DNA from: an uncultured Rickettsiales bacterium
GTDB taxonomy: Bacteria > Pseudomonadota > Alphaproteobacteria > Rickettsiales > UBA6187
Assembly: GCA_964476705.1 (NCBI GenBank)
Contig: CAYZBM010000002.1
Coordinates: 6,980 to 70,979 of the forward strand
DNA length: 64,000 nucleotides
Direction of reading: 5' to 3'
Numbering within the stretch: the first letter of the stretch is position 1; every line of letters starts with the position of its first letter. The notes under the pieces are model-generated. The model did no database searches. It saw only the letters and a program-made list of their open reading frames with translations, and was not told the origin of the DNA. Below, in pieces: positions 37,398 through 46,934 of the stretch. The position numbers and the translations under genes are program-made.

Positions 37398-40391
37398 CTA
37401 TTTCTTCTGGCGATCTTTTACCACAGTAATATCCGCCTTGTTACAAACAAGTAAGCCCAAAACAATATTATATAATATTATGATCATAATTGGGATAAGT
37501 AGATTCATTTTATGAGTAGTCATCATCTGATATTGCAAGCTTAATACTGCGGTTAGGCCAAATACTCCGGTCATAATGAGGACAAGTTTGCTAATATTTT
37601 TGGCTTTTAAAAATGAACTACATTTTGGACAACGATAAAATAAGGCATTAAATCCTGCAACTAGCTTAAGTAATTTATATTCATTATTACAAACAGGGCA
37701 TTTAAAGCTGGTTTTTAGAGAAAATTTACAGTTGTTTTTTTTTATAACTTCACCATTATTAAATTTACGTATTACATGCTGCAATATGCCACCATTTTTA
37801 TAATATTCTAATTCATTTTCAGTATCTATACGGCATAAGAGGCTGATAATTTTTATGTTTCCATCAGGGTAAGTGATTTTGCAATTAAGTTCGCATCTAG
37901 GGGTTATAGTTTGTAAGTCAATTATATCAATGGTTTCGTAGCCTGTAAGATTAAGAGTTTTTCTGGTTACTCCATCTTTAAAAGTTAAAGGAAGTATGCC
38001 CATGCCAACTAAATTTGAGCGATGAATCCGTTCGAAACTTTCAGCAATAACGGCTTTAACTCCAAGTAATAAAGTTCCTTTTGCGGCCCAATCGCGTGAT
38101 GAGCCCATGCCATAATCTTTTCCGGCAATAATAATTAAAGGAATATTATCAGCTTTATATTTTTGTGCGGCATCAAAAATACTTAAAGTTTCTTTAGTTT
38201 TTACATAAGTGGTAACTCCACCTTCAGTTCCTGGTGCCATCTCATTTTTAATTCTGATATTGGCAAAAGTACCACGGGTCATGATATCGTCATTACCACG
38301 CCTTGCCCCATAAGAATTAAAATCTCCGGCTTTTACACCATGTTCTTCTAAGAATTTTGCAGCTGGGGTATTTTTGGCAATAGAACCTGCTGGCGAAATA
38401 TGATCGGTGGTTATACTATCGCCCAGCAAAGCTAAAATATTAGCTTTAACTATGTCATTAACTTTTGTAGGGTTTGGTCGCATATTAGCAAAATAAGGCG
38501 GTTTTTTGATATAAGTGCTAGAATCTGACCAATTATAAGTTTGCGCATCCTCAGTTTTAATATTTTGCCAAGATTTATCGCCAGTAAATACATCTTTATA
38601 TTTTTCTTTAAACATTTCTCTAGTTACAAAATTAGCTACAATGTCGCTAATTTCTTGGGTACTAGGCCAAATATCTTTTAAATATATTTTATTACCATTA
38701 TCTCCGGTTCCTATAGGATCTTTACTTAAATCTATATTCATAGTTCCAGCTAAGGCGTAAGCTACAACTAAAGGCGGGGAGGCTAAATAATTAGCTTTTA
38801 CTTGCTGATGAACTCTTCCTTCAAAATTACGATTGCCGGATAATACCGCAGCTACAACAAGATTATTATCTTTAATAGTTTTTTCAATTTTCGGGTCAAA
38901 GGGCCCAGAATTACCAATACAAGTAGTACAGCCAAAGCCAACTATATTAAAGCCTAATTCGTTTAAAGGATTAGTTAGGCCAGATTTATCTAAATATTCA
39001 GAGACAACTTGTGATCCTGGAGCTAAAGAAGTTTTAACCCAAGGTTTTACTTTTAAGCCTAAAGCTAAAGCCTTTTTTGCAACTAACCCAGCAGCTATCA
39101 TTACTTGTGGATTGGAGGTATTAGTGCAGCTAGTTATTGCGGCAATTAATACATTAGCATTTTTTAAAGAAAAATCTTTATTCTCAACTAAAAATTCGGT
39201 ATTTAAATCAAGGTTTTTATCAAAATTAGTTTTAAAATTTTCAGCAACATTAGGAAGAATTACTTTATCTTGCGGTCTTTTTGGCCCAGAAAGACATGGC
39301 TCCACAGTACTTAAATCTAAAGTTACAATATCTGAAAATATGGGTTCAATATTATTATCGCGCCATAATCCTTGCGCTTTAGCGTAGGCTTCAATTAAAG
39401 CAATTTTATGCTCCTCACGCGCAGTTAAGTTTAGATATTTTATAGTTTCAACGTCAATTGGAAAAAATCCACAAGTTGCACCATATTCTGGAGCCATATT
39501 GGCAATCGTTGCTCGATCAGCTAAAGTTAAATAATCAAGACCAGAGCCATAAAATTCAACAAATTTTTCAACAACCCCTTTTGCTCTTAGAATATTAGTT
39601 ATAGTAAGAACTATATCTGTTGCGGTAACGCCTTCTTTAATTTTACCAGTTAATTTACAACCGATTACTTCAGGTAGCACTAATGATATTGGCTGGCCAA
39701 GCATAGCAGATTCGGCTTCAATTCCCCCAACTCCCCAACCTAAAACCGCTAAACCATTAACCATTGTAGTATGAGAATCAGTGCCAACTACCGTATCTGG
39801 AAAAATAAATCCCTCAGCATCTTGGCTTACCACATCAGCTAAATATTCAATATTTACCTGGTGGCAAATTCCGGTTCCAGGCGGTACGGTACGGAAGTTT
39901 TTAAACATTTTTTGTGCCGAGCGTAATAACTCATAACGTTCGATATTCCGTTCCATCTCTAAGGCCACATTTTTTGCTGAAGCATCTGGTGTCGCATAAA
40001 AATCTACTTGAACCGAATGGTCGATAACCAAATCAACGCGAGCTAAAGGATTAATTTTAGTTGCGTCCCCACCTAAATCATTCATTGCATCACGCATAGC
40101 GCATAGGTCAACAACGGCGGGAACTCCAGTGAAATCTTGCATTAATACTCTTGCCGGACGAAAGGCTATTTCTTCTGGATTTTTTTTATTTTCTAGCCAA
40201 ATTGCGAAGGCTTTTATATCTGAATCATTGCCATTGTAATCATGAAATCTTAAAGTATTTTCAAGTAAGATTTTTAAAGAATAAGGTAGTTTTGCAATAT
40301 CAATGCCAAACTCTTTGGCAGCACTATTTAGATCGTAATATTTATATTCTTTATAGTTAATCTTAATATTAGAAATATTTTTGTTTTCCAT
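37398..40391 (-). CDS. acnA: aconitate hydratase A with an in-frame 120-aa C-terminal zinc-ribbon + 2-TM extension
   Basis: Full AcnA/IRP motifs (TDSHT, CTNTSNP, CTTCIGNSGP, SSRDWAAKG). Homology ends at GGILQHVIRKF. The ORF then continues through CPVC-x19-CPKC and two hydrophobic helices. Confidence 0.9.
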   Translation of the reverse strand: MENKNISNIKINYKEYKYYDLNSAAKEFGIDIAKLPYSLKILLENTLRFHDYNGNDSDIKAFAIWLENKKNPEEIAFRPARVLMQDFTGVPAVVDLCAMRDAMNDLGGDATKINPLARVDLVIDHSVQVDFYATPDASAKNVALEMERNIERYELLRSAQKMFKNFRTVPPGTGICHQVNIEYLADVVSQDAEGFIFPDTVVGTDSHTTMVNGLAVLGWGVGGIEAESAMLGQPISLVLPEVIGCKLTGKIKEGVTATDIVLTITNILRAKGVVEKFVEFYGSGLDYLTLADRATIANMAPEYGATCGFFPIDVETIKYLNLTAREEHKIALIEAYAKAQGLWRDNNIEPIFSDIVTLDLSTVEPCLSGPKRPQDKVILPNVAENFKTNFDKNLDLNTEFLVENKDFSLKNANVLIAAITSCTNTSNPQVMIAAGLVAKKALALGLKVKPWVKTSLAPGSQVVSEYLDKSGLTNPLNELGFNIVGFGCTTCIGNSGPFDPKIEKTIKDNNLVVAAVLSGNRNFEGRVHQQVKANYLASPPLVVAYALAGTMNIDLSKDPIGTGDNGNKIYLKDIWPSTQEISDIVANFVTREMFKEKYKDVFTGDKSWQNIKTEDAQTYNWSDSSTYIKKPPYFANMRPNPTKVNDIVKANILALLGDSITTDHISPAGSIAKNTPAAKFLEEHGVKAGDFNSYGARRGNDDIMTRGTFANIRIKNEMAPGTEGGVTTYVKTKETLSIFDAAQKYKADNIPLIIIAGKDYGMGSSRDWAAKGTLLLGVKAVIAESFERIHRSNLVGMGILPLTFKDGVTRKTLNLTGYETIDIIDLQTITPRCELNCKITYPDGNIKIISLLCRIDTENELEYYKNGGILQHVIRKFNNGEVIKKNNCKFSLKTSFKCPVCNNEYKLLKLVAGFNALFYRCPKCSSFLKAKNISKLVLIMTGVFGLTAVLSLQYQMMTTHKMNLLIPIMIIILYNIVLGLLVCNKADITVVKDRQKK

Positions 40392-40517
40392 AATAATTTC
40401 TTGATTTTAATTATTTGTAGTTGGCTTAAAGATTTATATTCTTTATATAATATCAATTAGTTATGTTAAAGGAAATACTTATATACTTAATGCTTTTTAT
40501 TTAAACAAAATATTATT

Positions 40518-41135
40518 ATGCTAACTCTTGATAATCTTACCTGCATTAGAGGCGACAAAGTCTTATTTAAAGATTTAGGAATTACTTTTGGTGAAGGGTC
40601 GCTTACTATAGTAAAAGGCCCCAATGGTTCTGGTAAGAGTAGTTTACTTAAAATTGTAGCTAATTTGCTTGATCCTACTTTGGGTTCAATCATGTATAAT
40701 GAGCAAATAATTAATCAAGATACAAAAGAAAATTATTTTAAAGATTTAGTATATTTAGGGCATAAAAATGCTTTGTCGAATAATTTATCGGTTGAAGATA
40801 ATGTAGCATTTTGGGCGAAACTTGCTGGTAGCTACGAATTATTACTGGAAACCGCCTTGCATTATTTTCAGCTTTCACACTTGCGGGAGGTGACGGTAAA
40901 TAAATTATCAATGGGGTTATGTAAAAGGGTTGAACTTACCAGGCTTATTACTAAAAAAGCCAAAATTTGGCTACTTGATGAGCCTTATAGTTTTTTAGAT
41001 GAAGAAGGCAAAAAATTGCTAGATGCTTTGATTATGACTAAGGCTAATCAAAAAGGTATAATAATAATTGCCAGTAATGATGAGATCGCAATTAAAAATC
41101 AGACTACCCTTTCTATCCCTGACTTTTGGCAGTAG
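40518..41135 (+). CDS. ccmA: cytochrome c biogenesis heme exporter ATPase
   Basis: Walker A GPNGSGKSS, signature LSMGLCKR and Walker B WLLDEP. ~205 aa, the CcmA size class. Confidence 0.8.
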   Translation: MLTLDNLTCIRGDKVLFKDLGITFGEGSLTIVKGPNGSGKSSLLKIVANLLDPTLGSIMYNEQIINQDTKENYFKDLVYLGHKNALSNNLSVEDNVAFWAKLAGSYELLLETALHYFQLSHLREVTVNKLSMGLCKRVELTRLITKKAKIWLLDEPYSFLDEEGKKLLDALIMTKANQKGIIIIASNDEIAIKNQTTLSIPDFWQ

Positions 41136-41979
41136 CCAATATCTTTCCTTTTATCCTCTGGTAACTAACATCTAAATTTTCTGGTAAAGGCAGGTTAATC
41201 AAGGCCAATCCTAGATTATTTTGGGTAGAAGTTATAATACCCTTATTATTATCTAGAAATTTATTGTCATTTAAAATTATATTTTTTTCAAACTCTATTA
41301 TTTGGAGAAGTTTCTTTCTTATGCTTTGCTTATTATGTACTCTTGCGGTTACTTCTTGGCCTATGTAGCAACCTTTAGTATATGAAATTGCATTTAATTG
41401 CTCTAAGTTGAAATCATGTGGGTAGGACTCCCCGCTTACTAAATCATGCTCGCTATCAGGTATAAGATTTAATATTCGGGCTTGATTATATTTTGGATAA
41501 TCTATCTCTACGAAGTCCTCAGTAGGAAAAATCTCTCTAATATCATCTTTAGCAATTAACCTAGGCCATAAATTTTTATTTCTGGGATCTGGAGATAAAA
41601 AATTATTTTTCAAATAACCATTTTTTAATTGCTCTTTTAAATCTGAGTAATTTTGCTCTATAGCATAAATTTTATAGCTATCTGAAGCATCAGTTATATT
41701 AATATTTGCTCCTAGCTTATAAATGGATAAAGTTTTGATAATTTTTTCTTTTTCGCGGAATAAGCAATCAAGAAGATAGATGTTATTATTTTCATCATAA
41801 GTAATAAAAAAATCATACAGAAATTTACCTTGAGGAGTAAGGAGTAGGGTATAGAGAAAAATATCTCTTTTTGCATTATTTATATTGTTACTGATTATTT
41901 TTTGTAAGAATATTTGGTTGTCTATTCCTGATATAGCAATAATTGTCCGTTTTTGCAGAGTTATGTAACTTATGGCCAT
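41113..41979 (-). CDS. ygfZ: folate-binding YgfZ/GcvT-like protein
   Basis: Signature TKGCYIGQEVTARV. 288 aa. 23-nt convergent overlap with ccmA. Confidence 0.78.
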   Translation of the reverse strand: MAISYITLQKRTIIAISGIDNQIFLQKIISNNINNAKRDIFLYTLLLTPQGKFLYDFFITYDENNNIYLLDCLFREKEKIIKTLSIYKLGANINITDASDSYKIYAIEQNYSDLKEQLKNGYLKNNFLSPDPRNKNLWPRLIAKDDIREIFPTEDFVEIDYPKYNQARILNLIPDSEHDLVSGESYPHDFNLEQLNAISYTKGCYIGQEVTARVHNKQSIRKKLLQIIEFEKNIILNDNKFLDNNKGIITSTQNNLGLALINLPLPENLDVSYQRIKGKILATAKSQG

Positions 41980-42004
41980 ATTTTTAAATTATATATATTA
42001 TTGT

Positions 42005-42049
42005 GATAAATCATTAGCAAATCAGCTATTTACTATTGATATACTATAG
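42005..42049 (-). repeat. MITE-1 5'-terminal fragment (reverse), 26 bp upstream of the ygfZ start
   Basis: GATAAATCATTAGCAAATCAGCTATTTACTATTGATATACTATAG matches 3933-3978. Confidence 0.65.
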
Positions 42050-42138
42050 TTATTTCTTGCTAAATAATGAATTTTCTCTAGAGTAGCTTACAGTATTTCT
42101 AGTAATTTTCTAGTTTAAAAAATAAAAAGAGATTTAAA

Positions 42139-43191
42139 ATGCGCATTATAAACGCAATGTTTAGCCAGGGGCTTGGTGGCATCGAGCAAGCTTTTTTGAA
42201 TTATTGTATCGCGCTTAAAGCTGGTGGGCATACTGTTAATGCGGTAATTCTTCCTAAGGCCGCAATAAAGGATCATTTAACTAAGCTTGGCGGAATTAAT
42301 ATTATCGAGATTGATAATTGGGGTAATTGGGATTTAGTTGCCAAATCAGCGCTAAAAAATATCGCGCGTCAGGTTAAAGCTGATGTTATTATTAGTCACG
42401 GTTCAAGAGCTGCAGAATTATTTCGTGGAGTTAGTAAGCGGGCTAAAAATATTGGGGTTCTCCATAATTATAGCGTTCAAAGATTTTTATATATGGATTT
42501 GATTTTTGCCGTGAGCCAAGATTTGCGGCGTAAAATTATTGCCGATGGTATGGCCGAAAATAAAGTTTTTTATTTACCAAATATGATTGCTCTTAATAAT
42601 AAAGAGCTAAATAAAAATGAATATGATAGCAAAGATAAAAATGAAATTTTAACTTTTGGTACTTTGGGTCGTTTCGTAAAAAAGAAAGGTTTTGATGTTT
42701 TTTTACAGGCGTTAGCGTTGTTAAAAGCCAAAAATTATGATTTTAGAGTTTTAATTGGTGGTGACGGTGAAGAAAAAGATAACTTAAGGTTATTATGTGA
42801 TCAGTTAAATCTTGAACACGAAGTTAGTTTTTTAGGTTGGTTAAAAGAAGAAGATAGAAATAATTTTTATAAAAAACTAGATGTTTTTTGCTTACCGTCA
42901 TTACATGAACCTTTTGGTATAGTTATATTGGAGGCTTTAAAATATTCCTTGAGTATAGTGACCACCAATACCGAAGGACCAAAAGAAATATTGTCTGAAG
43001 GGCAAGATGCATTATTTGTTCCAAAAAATGATCCAGTAGCTTTAGCTGAGGCCTTAGAAAAACTTATAAAAGATAAAAATTTAAGGAATAATTTGGCGGG
43101 TAATGCTATTAAAACTGCGGCTATTTATAGTATAGATGTGGTTGGTAAAACTTTAAACGAATATATAAAGCTACCAGTTGGAAATATCTAA
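42139..43191 (+). CDS. glycosyltransferase, GT4 (GT-B fold) family
   Basis: C-terminal EPFGIVILEA...E motif. 350 aa. Confidence 0.85.
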   Translation: MRIINAMFSQGLGGIEQAFLNYCIALKAGGHTVNAVILPKAAIKDHLTKLGGINIIEIDNWGNWDLVAKSALKNIARQVKADVIISHGSRAAELFRGVSKRAKNIGVLHNYSVQRFLYMDLIFAVSQDLRRKIIADGMAENKVFYLPNMIALNNKELNKNEYDSKDKNEILTFGTLGRFVKKKGFDVFLQALALLKAKNYDFRVLIGGDGEEKDNLRLLCDQLNLEHEVSFLGWLKEEDRNNFYKKLDVFCLPSLHEPFGIVILEALKYSLSIVTTNTEGPKEILSEGQDALFVPKNDPVALAEALEKLIKDKNLRNNLAGNAIKTAAIYSIDVVGKTLNEYIKLPVGNI

Positions 43192-43245
43192 TCGGTATTT
43201 AACATTAATCTAATAAAACTAAAATTGAAAATAAGAGTTAAAAAA

Positions 43246-44541
43246 ATGATACCACGTTATAGTCGCGAAGAAATGGTTAAAATTTGGGAACCTGAAAATA
43301 AGTTCCGTATTTGGTTTGAGATAGAGGCTCATGCTTGTGATGCGCAGAGTGAACTTGGAATAATTCCTAAAGAAGCTGCTAAATTAATTTGGCAAAAAGG
43401 TAAGTTTGATATTGCTAAAATTGATGAAATTGAAAAAACTACTAAACATGATGTAATAGCATTTTTAACTAATTTAGCGGAATATGTTGGCGAGCCTGCC
43501 AGATTTATTCATCAAGGTATGACAAGTTCTGATGTTTTAGATACTTGTTTTAATATCCAACTAAAACAAGCTGCAGACATATTGTTAGTTGATATAGATA
43601 AAGTTTTAGCGGCGCTTAAAAAAAGAAGTTTAGAATGTAAATATATGGTTTGTATGGGTAGAAGTCATGGGATTCATGCCGAACCTACTACTATGGGAAT
43701 AAAGCTGGCTAGATTTTATGCGGAGATGGAGCGAAATAAAGAAAGATTACTCAGAGCCAAAGATGAAATTTCTACTTGCGCTATTTCTGGCGCAGTTGGT
43801 ACTTTTGCTAATATTGATCCATTTGTAGAAGTTTATGTGGCAGAAAAAATGGGTTTACATTTTGAGCCAGTATCTAGCCAAATTATACCTCGTGACCGTC
43901 ATGCTATGTATTTTGTAACTTTGGCTGTTATAGCGAGTTCGATGGAAAATATTGCAGTTGAAATAAGGCATTTGCAAAGAACTGAGGTTTTAGAAGTTGA
44001 AGAATATTTTAGTCCTGGACAAAAAGGCAGTTCGGCAATGCCACATAAGCGTAATCCGGTATTAAGCGAAAATATTACGGGTCTTGCTAGATTAGTTAGA
44101 GGTTATGCTATGCCAGCATTGGAGAATGTTGCGCTGTGGCATGAACGCGATATCTCCCATTCTTCAGTAGAAAGAGTCATTGGTCCAGATGCTACGGTTA
44201 ATCTAGATTTTGCTTTAAATAGACTGGCAAATTTACTAGAAAACTTGGTATTTTATCCAGAGAATATGCAAAAAAATCTAGATAAATTAGGTGGCTTGGT
44301 CTTCTCGCAAAGATTACTTTTGGCTCTAACCCAAAAAGGGGTAAGTCGTGAATATTCCTATGAGATAGTACAAAGAAATGCGATGAAAGTTTGGCAAGAA
44401 AATAAAGATTTTAAATCTGAATTAAAGGCAGATAAAGACGTTATTGCTAAAGTTAGTCCTGCAGAAATAGATGAAATTTTTGATATGAATTACCATACTA
44501 AGCATGTAGATACGATATTTAAGCGGGTTTTTGGGGAGTAA
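43246..44541 (+). CDS. purB: adenylosuccinate lyase
   Basis: MIPRYSREEM N-terminus and GSSAMPHKRNP signature. The ATG at 43246 is preferred to the TTG at 43225. Confidence 0.95.
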   Translation: MIPRYSREEMVKIWEPENKFRIWFEIEAHACDAQSELGIIPKEAAKLIWQKGKFDIAKIDEIEKTTKHDVIAFLTNLAEYVGEPARFIHQGMTSSDVLDTCFNIQLKQAADILLVDIDKVLAALKKRSLECKYMVCMGRSHGIHAEPTTMGIKLARFYAEMERNKERLLRAKDEISTCAISGAVGTFANIDPFVEVYVAEKMGLHFEPVSSQIIPRDRHAMYFVTLAVIASSMENIAVEIRHLQRTEVLEVEEYFSPGQKGSSAMPHKRNPVLSENITGLARLVRGYAMPALENVALWHERDISHSSVERVIGPDATVNLDFALNRLANLLENLVFYPENMQKNLDKLGGLVFSQRLLLALTQKGVSREYSYEIVQRNAMKVWQENKDFKSELKADKDVIAKVSPAEIDEIFDMNYHTKHVDTIFKRVFGE

Positions 44542-44588
44542 GAATAACAACCTGCCCCACCTTTTGTGAAGCCCGGAAGACCCGTGGA

Positions 44589-44665
44589 TGGTAGCGGAGG
44601 AGGGAATCGAACCCCCGACACACGGATTATGATTCCGCCGCTCTAACCAACTGAGCTACTCCGCC
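44589..44665 (-). tRNA. tRNA with CAT anticodon, most like elongator tRNA-Met (tRNA-Ile2 not excluded)
   Basis: Reverse complement is GGCGGAGTAGCTCAGTTGGTTAGAGCGGCGGAATCATAATCCGTGTGTCGGGGGTTCGATTCCCTCCTCCGCTACCA. 77 nt. It lacks the three G-C pairs in the anticodon stem that mark initiator tRNA. Confidence 0.85.
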
Positions 44666-44832
44666 GTAAAATAGAAAAGAACCGCAATATATAAGAAGCT
44701 TTAGAAAACATGTCAAGTTATACCATTTTAAGTTATGCTTATATCCCTAAAAATTTATTAATTTATTATTTAAATTTAAAGAAAGTTGTGCTATAGTTAA
44801 GTTTTTAATAATTAAACCTACGCTTTAAAACA

Positions 44833-45213
44833 ATGTCTGCAGCAGTAAAATATAAGTCCCAAAAGAATATACTATTAGTAGATGATAATCGGCTAAATAT
44901 AAGGTATTTTTCTGATATATTAGCTTTTATGGGGCATAATGTGATTGCAGTTTCTAATCCAGATGATGTGTTACCTAAGGTTAAAGAGTATAGTCCAGAC
45001 CTTATAATTATGGATTTTGATTTAAAACATATGGTAGATGGTATAGATCTAATTAATTCTTTACGTTTAGATAAAAGTTTCTGTACGCCAATAATTGGCT
45101 CTAGCTCGGATGTTTATAATAAAGTTGATATTTTTTATGGGTTATGCAATTTAGCTATACCTAAGCCTCTGACCATCAATAAAGTGCAAGAAGCCGTTAG
45201 TAAATTTTGCTAG
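44833..45213 (+). CDS. single-domain response regulator (CheY-like receiver)
   Basis: LLVDDN, IIMDFDL and IPKP give the conserved acidic pocket, phospho-Asp and Lys. 126 aa. Confidence 0.85.
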   Translation: MSAAVKYKSQKNILLVDDNRLNIRYFSDILAFMGHNVIAVSNPDDVLPKVKEYSPDLIIMDFDLKHMVDGIDLINSLRLDKSFCTPIIGSSSDVYNKVDIFYGLCNLAIPKPLTINKVQEAVSKFC

Positions 45214-45227
45214 GTTTAAATATTTTC

Positions 45228-45290
45228 TATATAGTATTTCTTGTTTGAAATGACCCATATTATGGAATAAAACATAAAATGTTTTTTATA
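45228..45290 (-). repeat. internally deleted MITE-1 copy (modules D-C, reverse), abutting the stop codon of the next gene
   Basis: CTATATAGTATTTCTTGTTTGAAATGACCCATATTATGGA...AAAACATAAAATGTTTTTT aligns to the reverse complement of 4590-4673 with two internal deletions. Confidence 0.65.
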
Positions 45291-45291
45291 G

Positions 45292-46350
45292 CTAAATATA
45301 GTTGTCAATCCAATGTTCACGGTTGAATAGGTACAATATTAAAGCGGCCCTTATCCACATGCCATTTCGCGCTTGTTTCCAATATAAAGCCCGCTTATCT
45401 TTATCAACCATAACTTCTATCTCATTACGTCGTGGGAACGGATGCATGATTATAGCATCTTTTTTAAGAGTACTTAAATGCGATTCTTTGAGACAAAAAT
45501 TATCTAAATTATATTTAGTAGATTCATTTTCAGTATCATGCTCATCTTGAATTCTTGTCATATAAATAGCATCGGCTATTTTTATAGATTCTTCAAAATT
45601 ATCCGTAGTTTTATATTTTATTTTATTTTTATCTAGAAAATCTAATACATCTTGCTGCATGGTAAAATTTTTAGGTGCCACAAATATCAAATTTATATTT
45701 TGATATAAGGCTAATAAATATGTTAGTGATCTTACAGTTCGTCCGCGTTTTAAATCGCCGACCATAACATAAGTTTTATTTTCAATTCCGCCTAAATTTT
45801 TAAAGGCACGGTTAATAGTGTAAATATCAAGTAAGGCTTGGGTTGGATGTTGATCTTTACCTGAGCCGCCATTAATTACCGGCACGGATCTTTTAGCATG
45901 AGTATTTAAAACCCAAGCAGATTTTTCAGCAAAACCTTCATTAAAGTGGCGAGTTATAATTAGATCAACATAGCTGGAAAATGTTTGAATACTATCTTCC
46001 GATGATTCTCCTTTTATTTCTGAAGAAGTACTGCTATCTCTAATTTCGGTGGTTTGTAACCCTAAAATATGGCAAGCATTTAAAAATGACATAAAAGTAC
46101 GGGTAGAAGGCTGGACAAAAAATAACATAGCTCTTTTGTCAGCAAGTAATGAACGTAAAAATATTAGACCATTATAAGTTTTGGCGATAGATCTTATTTT
46201 ATCAGCTAAAACAAAAATTTCTTCTAAAAAATTTTTATCAAATTGTTGGGCGTAAATTATATCAAACAACTTGTTATTTAGACAAAATTTAGCCAATTTA
46301 TCTTCTATGTCTAAAGAGACAAAATCGGACCATTCTTCGTTGTAGTGCAT
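45292..46350 (-). CDS. pyrB: aspartate/ornithine carbamoyltransferase family protein, ATCase-like
   Basis: Motifs STRTFMSF (canonical STRTR), ITRH, HPTQALLD, GDLKRGRTVRS, MTRIQDE and HPFPR. It has a ~40-aa N-terminal extension. Confidence 0.8.
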   Translation of the reverse strand: MHYNEEWSDFVSLDIEDKLAKFCLNNKLFDIIYAQQFDKNFLEEIFVLADKIRSIAKTYNGLIFLRSLLADKRAMLFFVQPSTRTFMSFLNACHILGLQTTEIRDSSTSSEIKGESSEDSIQTFSSYVDLIITRHFNEGFAEKSAWVLNTHAKRSVPVINGGSGKDQHPTQALLDIYTINRAFKNLGGIENKTYVMVGDLKRGRTVRSLTYLLALYQNINLIFVAPKNFTMQQDVLDFLDKNKIKYKTTDNFEESIKIADAIYMTRIQDEHDTENESTKYNLDNFCLKESHLSTLKKDAIIMHPFPRRNEIEVMVDKDKRALYWKQARNGMWIRAALILYLFNREHWIDNYI

Positions 46351-46398
46351 GGATATAATCAGAGTTTTAAGCGTTCATAATTTTATTTCTTATCTAAG

Positions 46399-46525
46399 TA
46401 TAGCAGATCAAGCAATGATTTTCCACTTTATTTACTTACATAAATCATTGCTATGATTCTGCATATCCCAGATTTAATCTGGGATCTATAGAAAATTCAG
46501 CTAAACTGCAAGCTTTAAAGTATAG
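46399..46525 (+). mobile_element. MITE-1 copy (modules A-B), first of three abutting copies
   Basis: Near-identical to 27524-27650. Confidence 0.85.
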
Positions 46526-46672
46526 TAGATTAGAAAATGATTTACATAAAATACACATATAATCAATCATTTTTATAATGCTACATATCCTGAAAAAACA
46601 TATACTTATAATACTATTTATGTTTTGCTGAAGGATCCACAAAATATAAATTTTTCAAACTAAAATACTATA
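46521..46672 (+). mobile_element. MITE-1 copy (modules A''-C-D), second of three abutting copies
   Basis: TATAGTAGATTAGAAAATGATTT...AATCATTTTTATAATGCTACATATCCTGAAAAAACATA...AAAATACTATA. Same type as 63598-63779 and 58119-58294. It shares the TATA junction with the flanking copies. Confidence 0.85.
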
Positions 46673-46700
46673 TAGTAGATCAAGATTAGAAAAAATAATG
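46671..46700 (+). repeat. MITE-1 5' fragment, third abutting copy
   Basis: TATAGTAGATCAAGA then diverges. Confidence 0.55.
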
Positions 46701-46934
46701 CAAACTGTTAAAAAACTGAAACATTACTGTGATATTATAACAATAAGGCTCTTTTTTTTATAGGTAATATAAATTACTTGTAGAAATAAGTTACAAATAA
46801 AGTTATGTTTCTTTTTTATAAACCTAGATTTTATTTGAATTTTGGTTGGTATTTAAGGGCCTAGATCTTGGATTGTTTATACTATAGATTCTAGGTATCT
46901 AAATTTATGTATATTAAGATTTTAAAACAATATA

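Noticed and set aside
38833-39387. 184-aa plus-strand ORF inside acnA (also 40151-40360 and 40487-40693)
   Set aside because: It is antisense to conserved aconitase or ccmA coding sequence. It has no motifs and is a shadow ORF.
46399-46700. Possible CRISPR array (clustered repeats) and the 63-aa ORF at 46451-46642
   Set aside because: The units are 120-150 bp, are different modules rather than one short direct repeat, directly abut without unique spacers, and recur dispersed across the window. No cas genes are present. The ORF lies entirely in repeat DNA.
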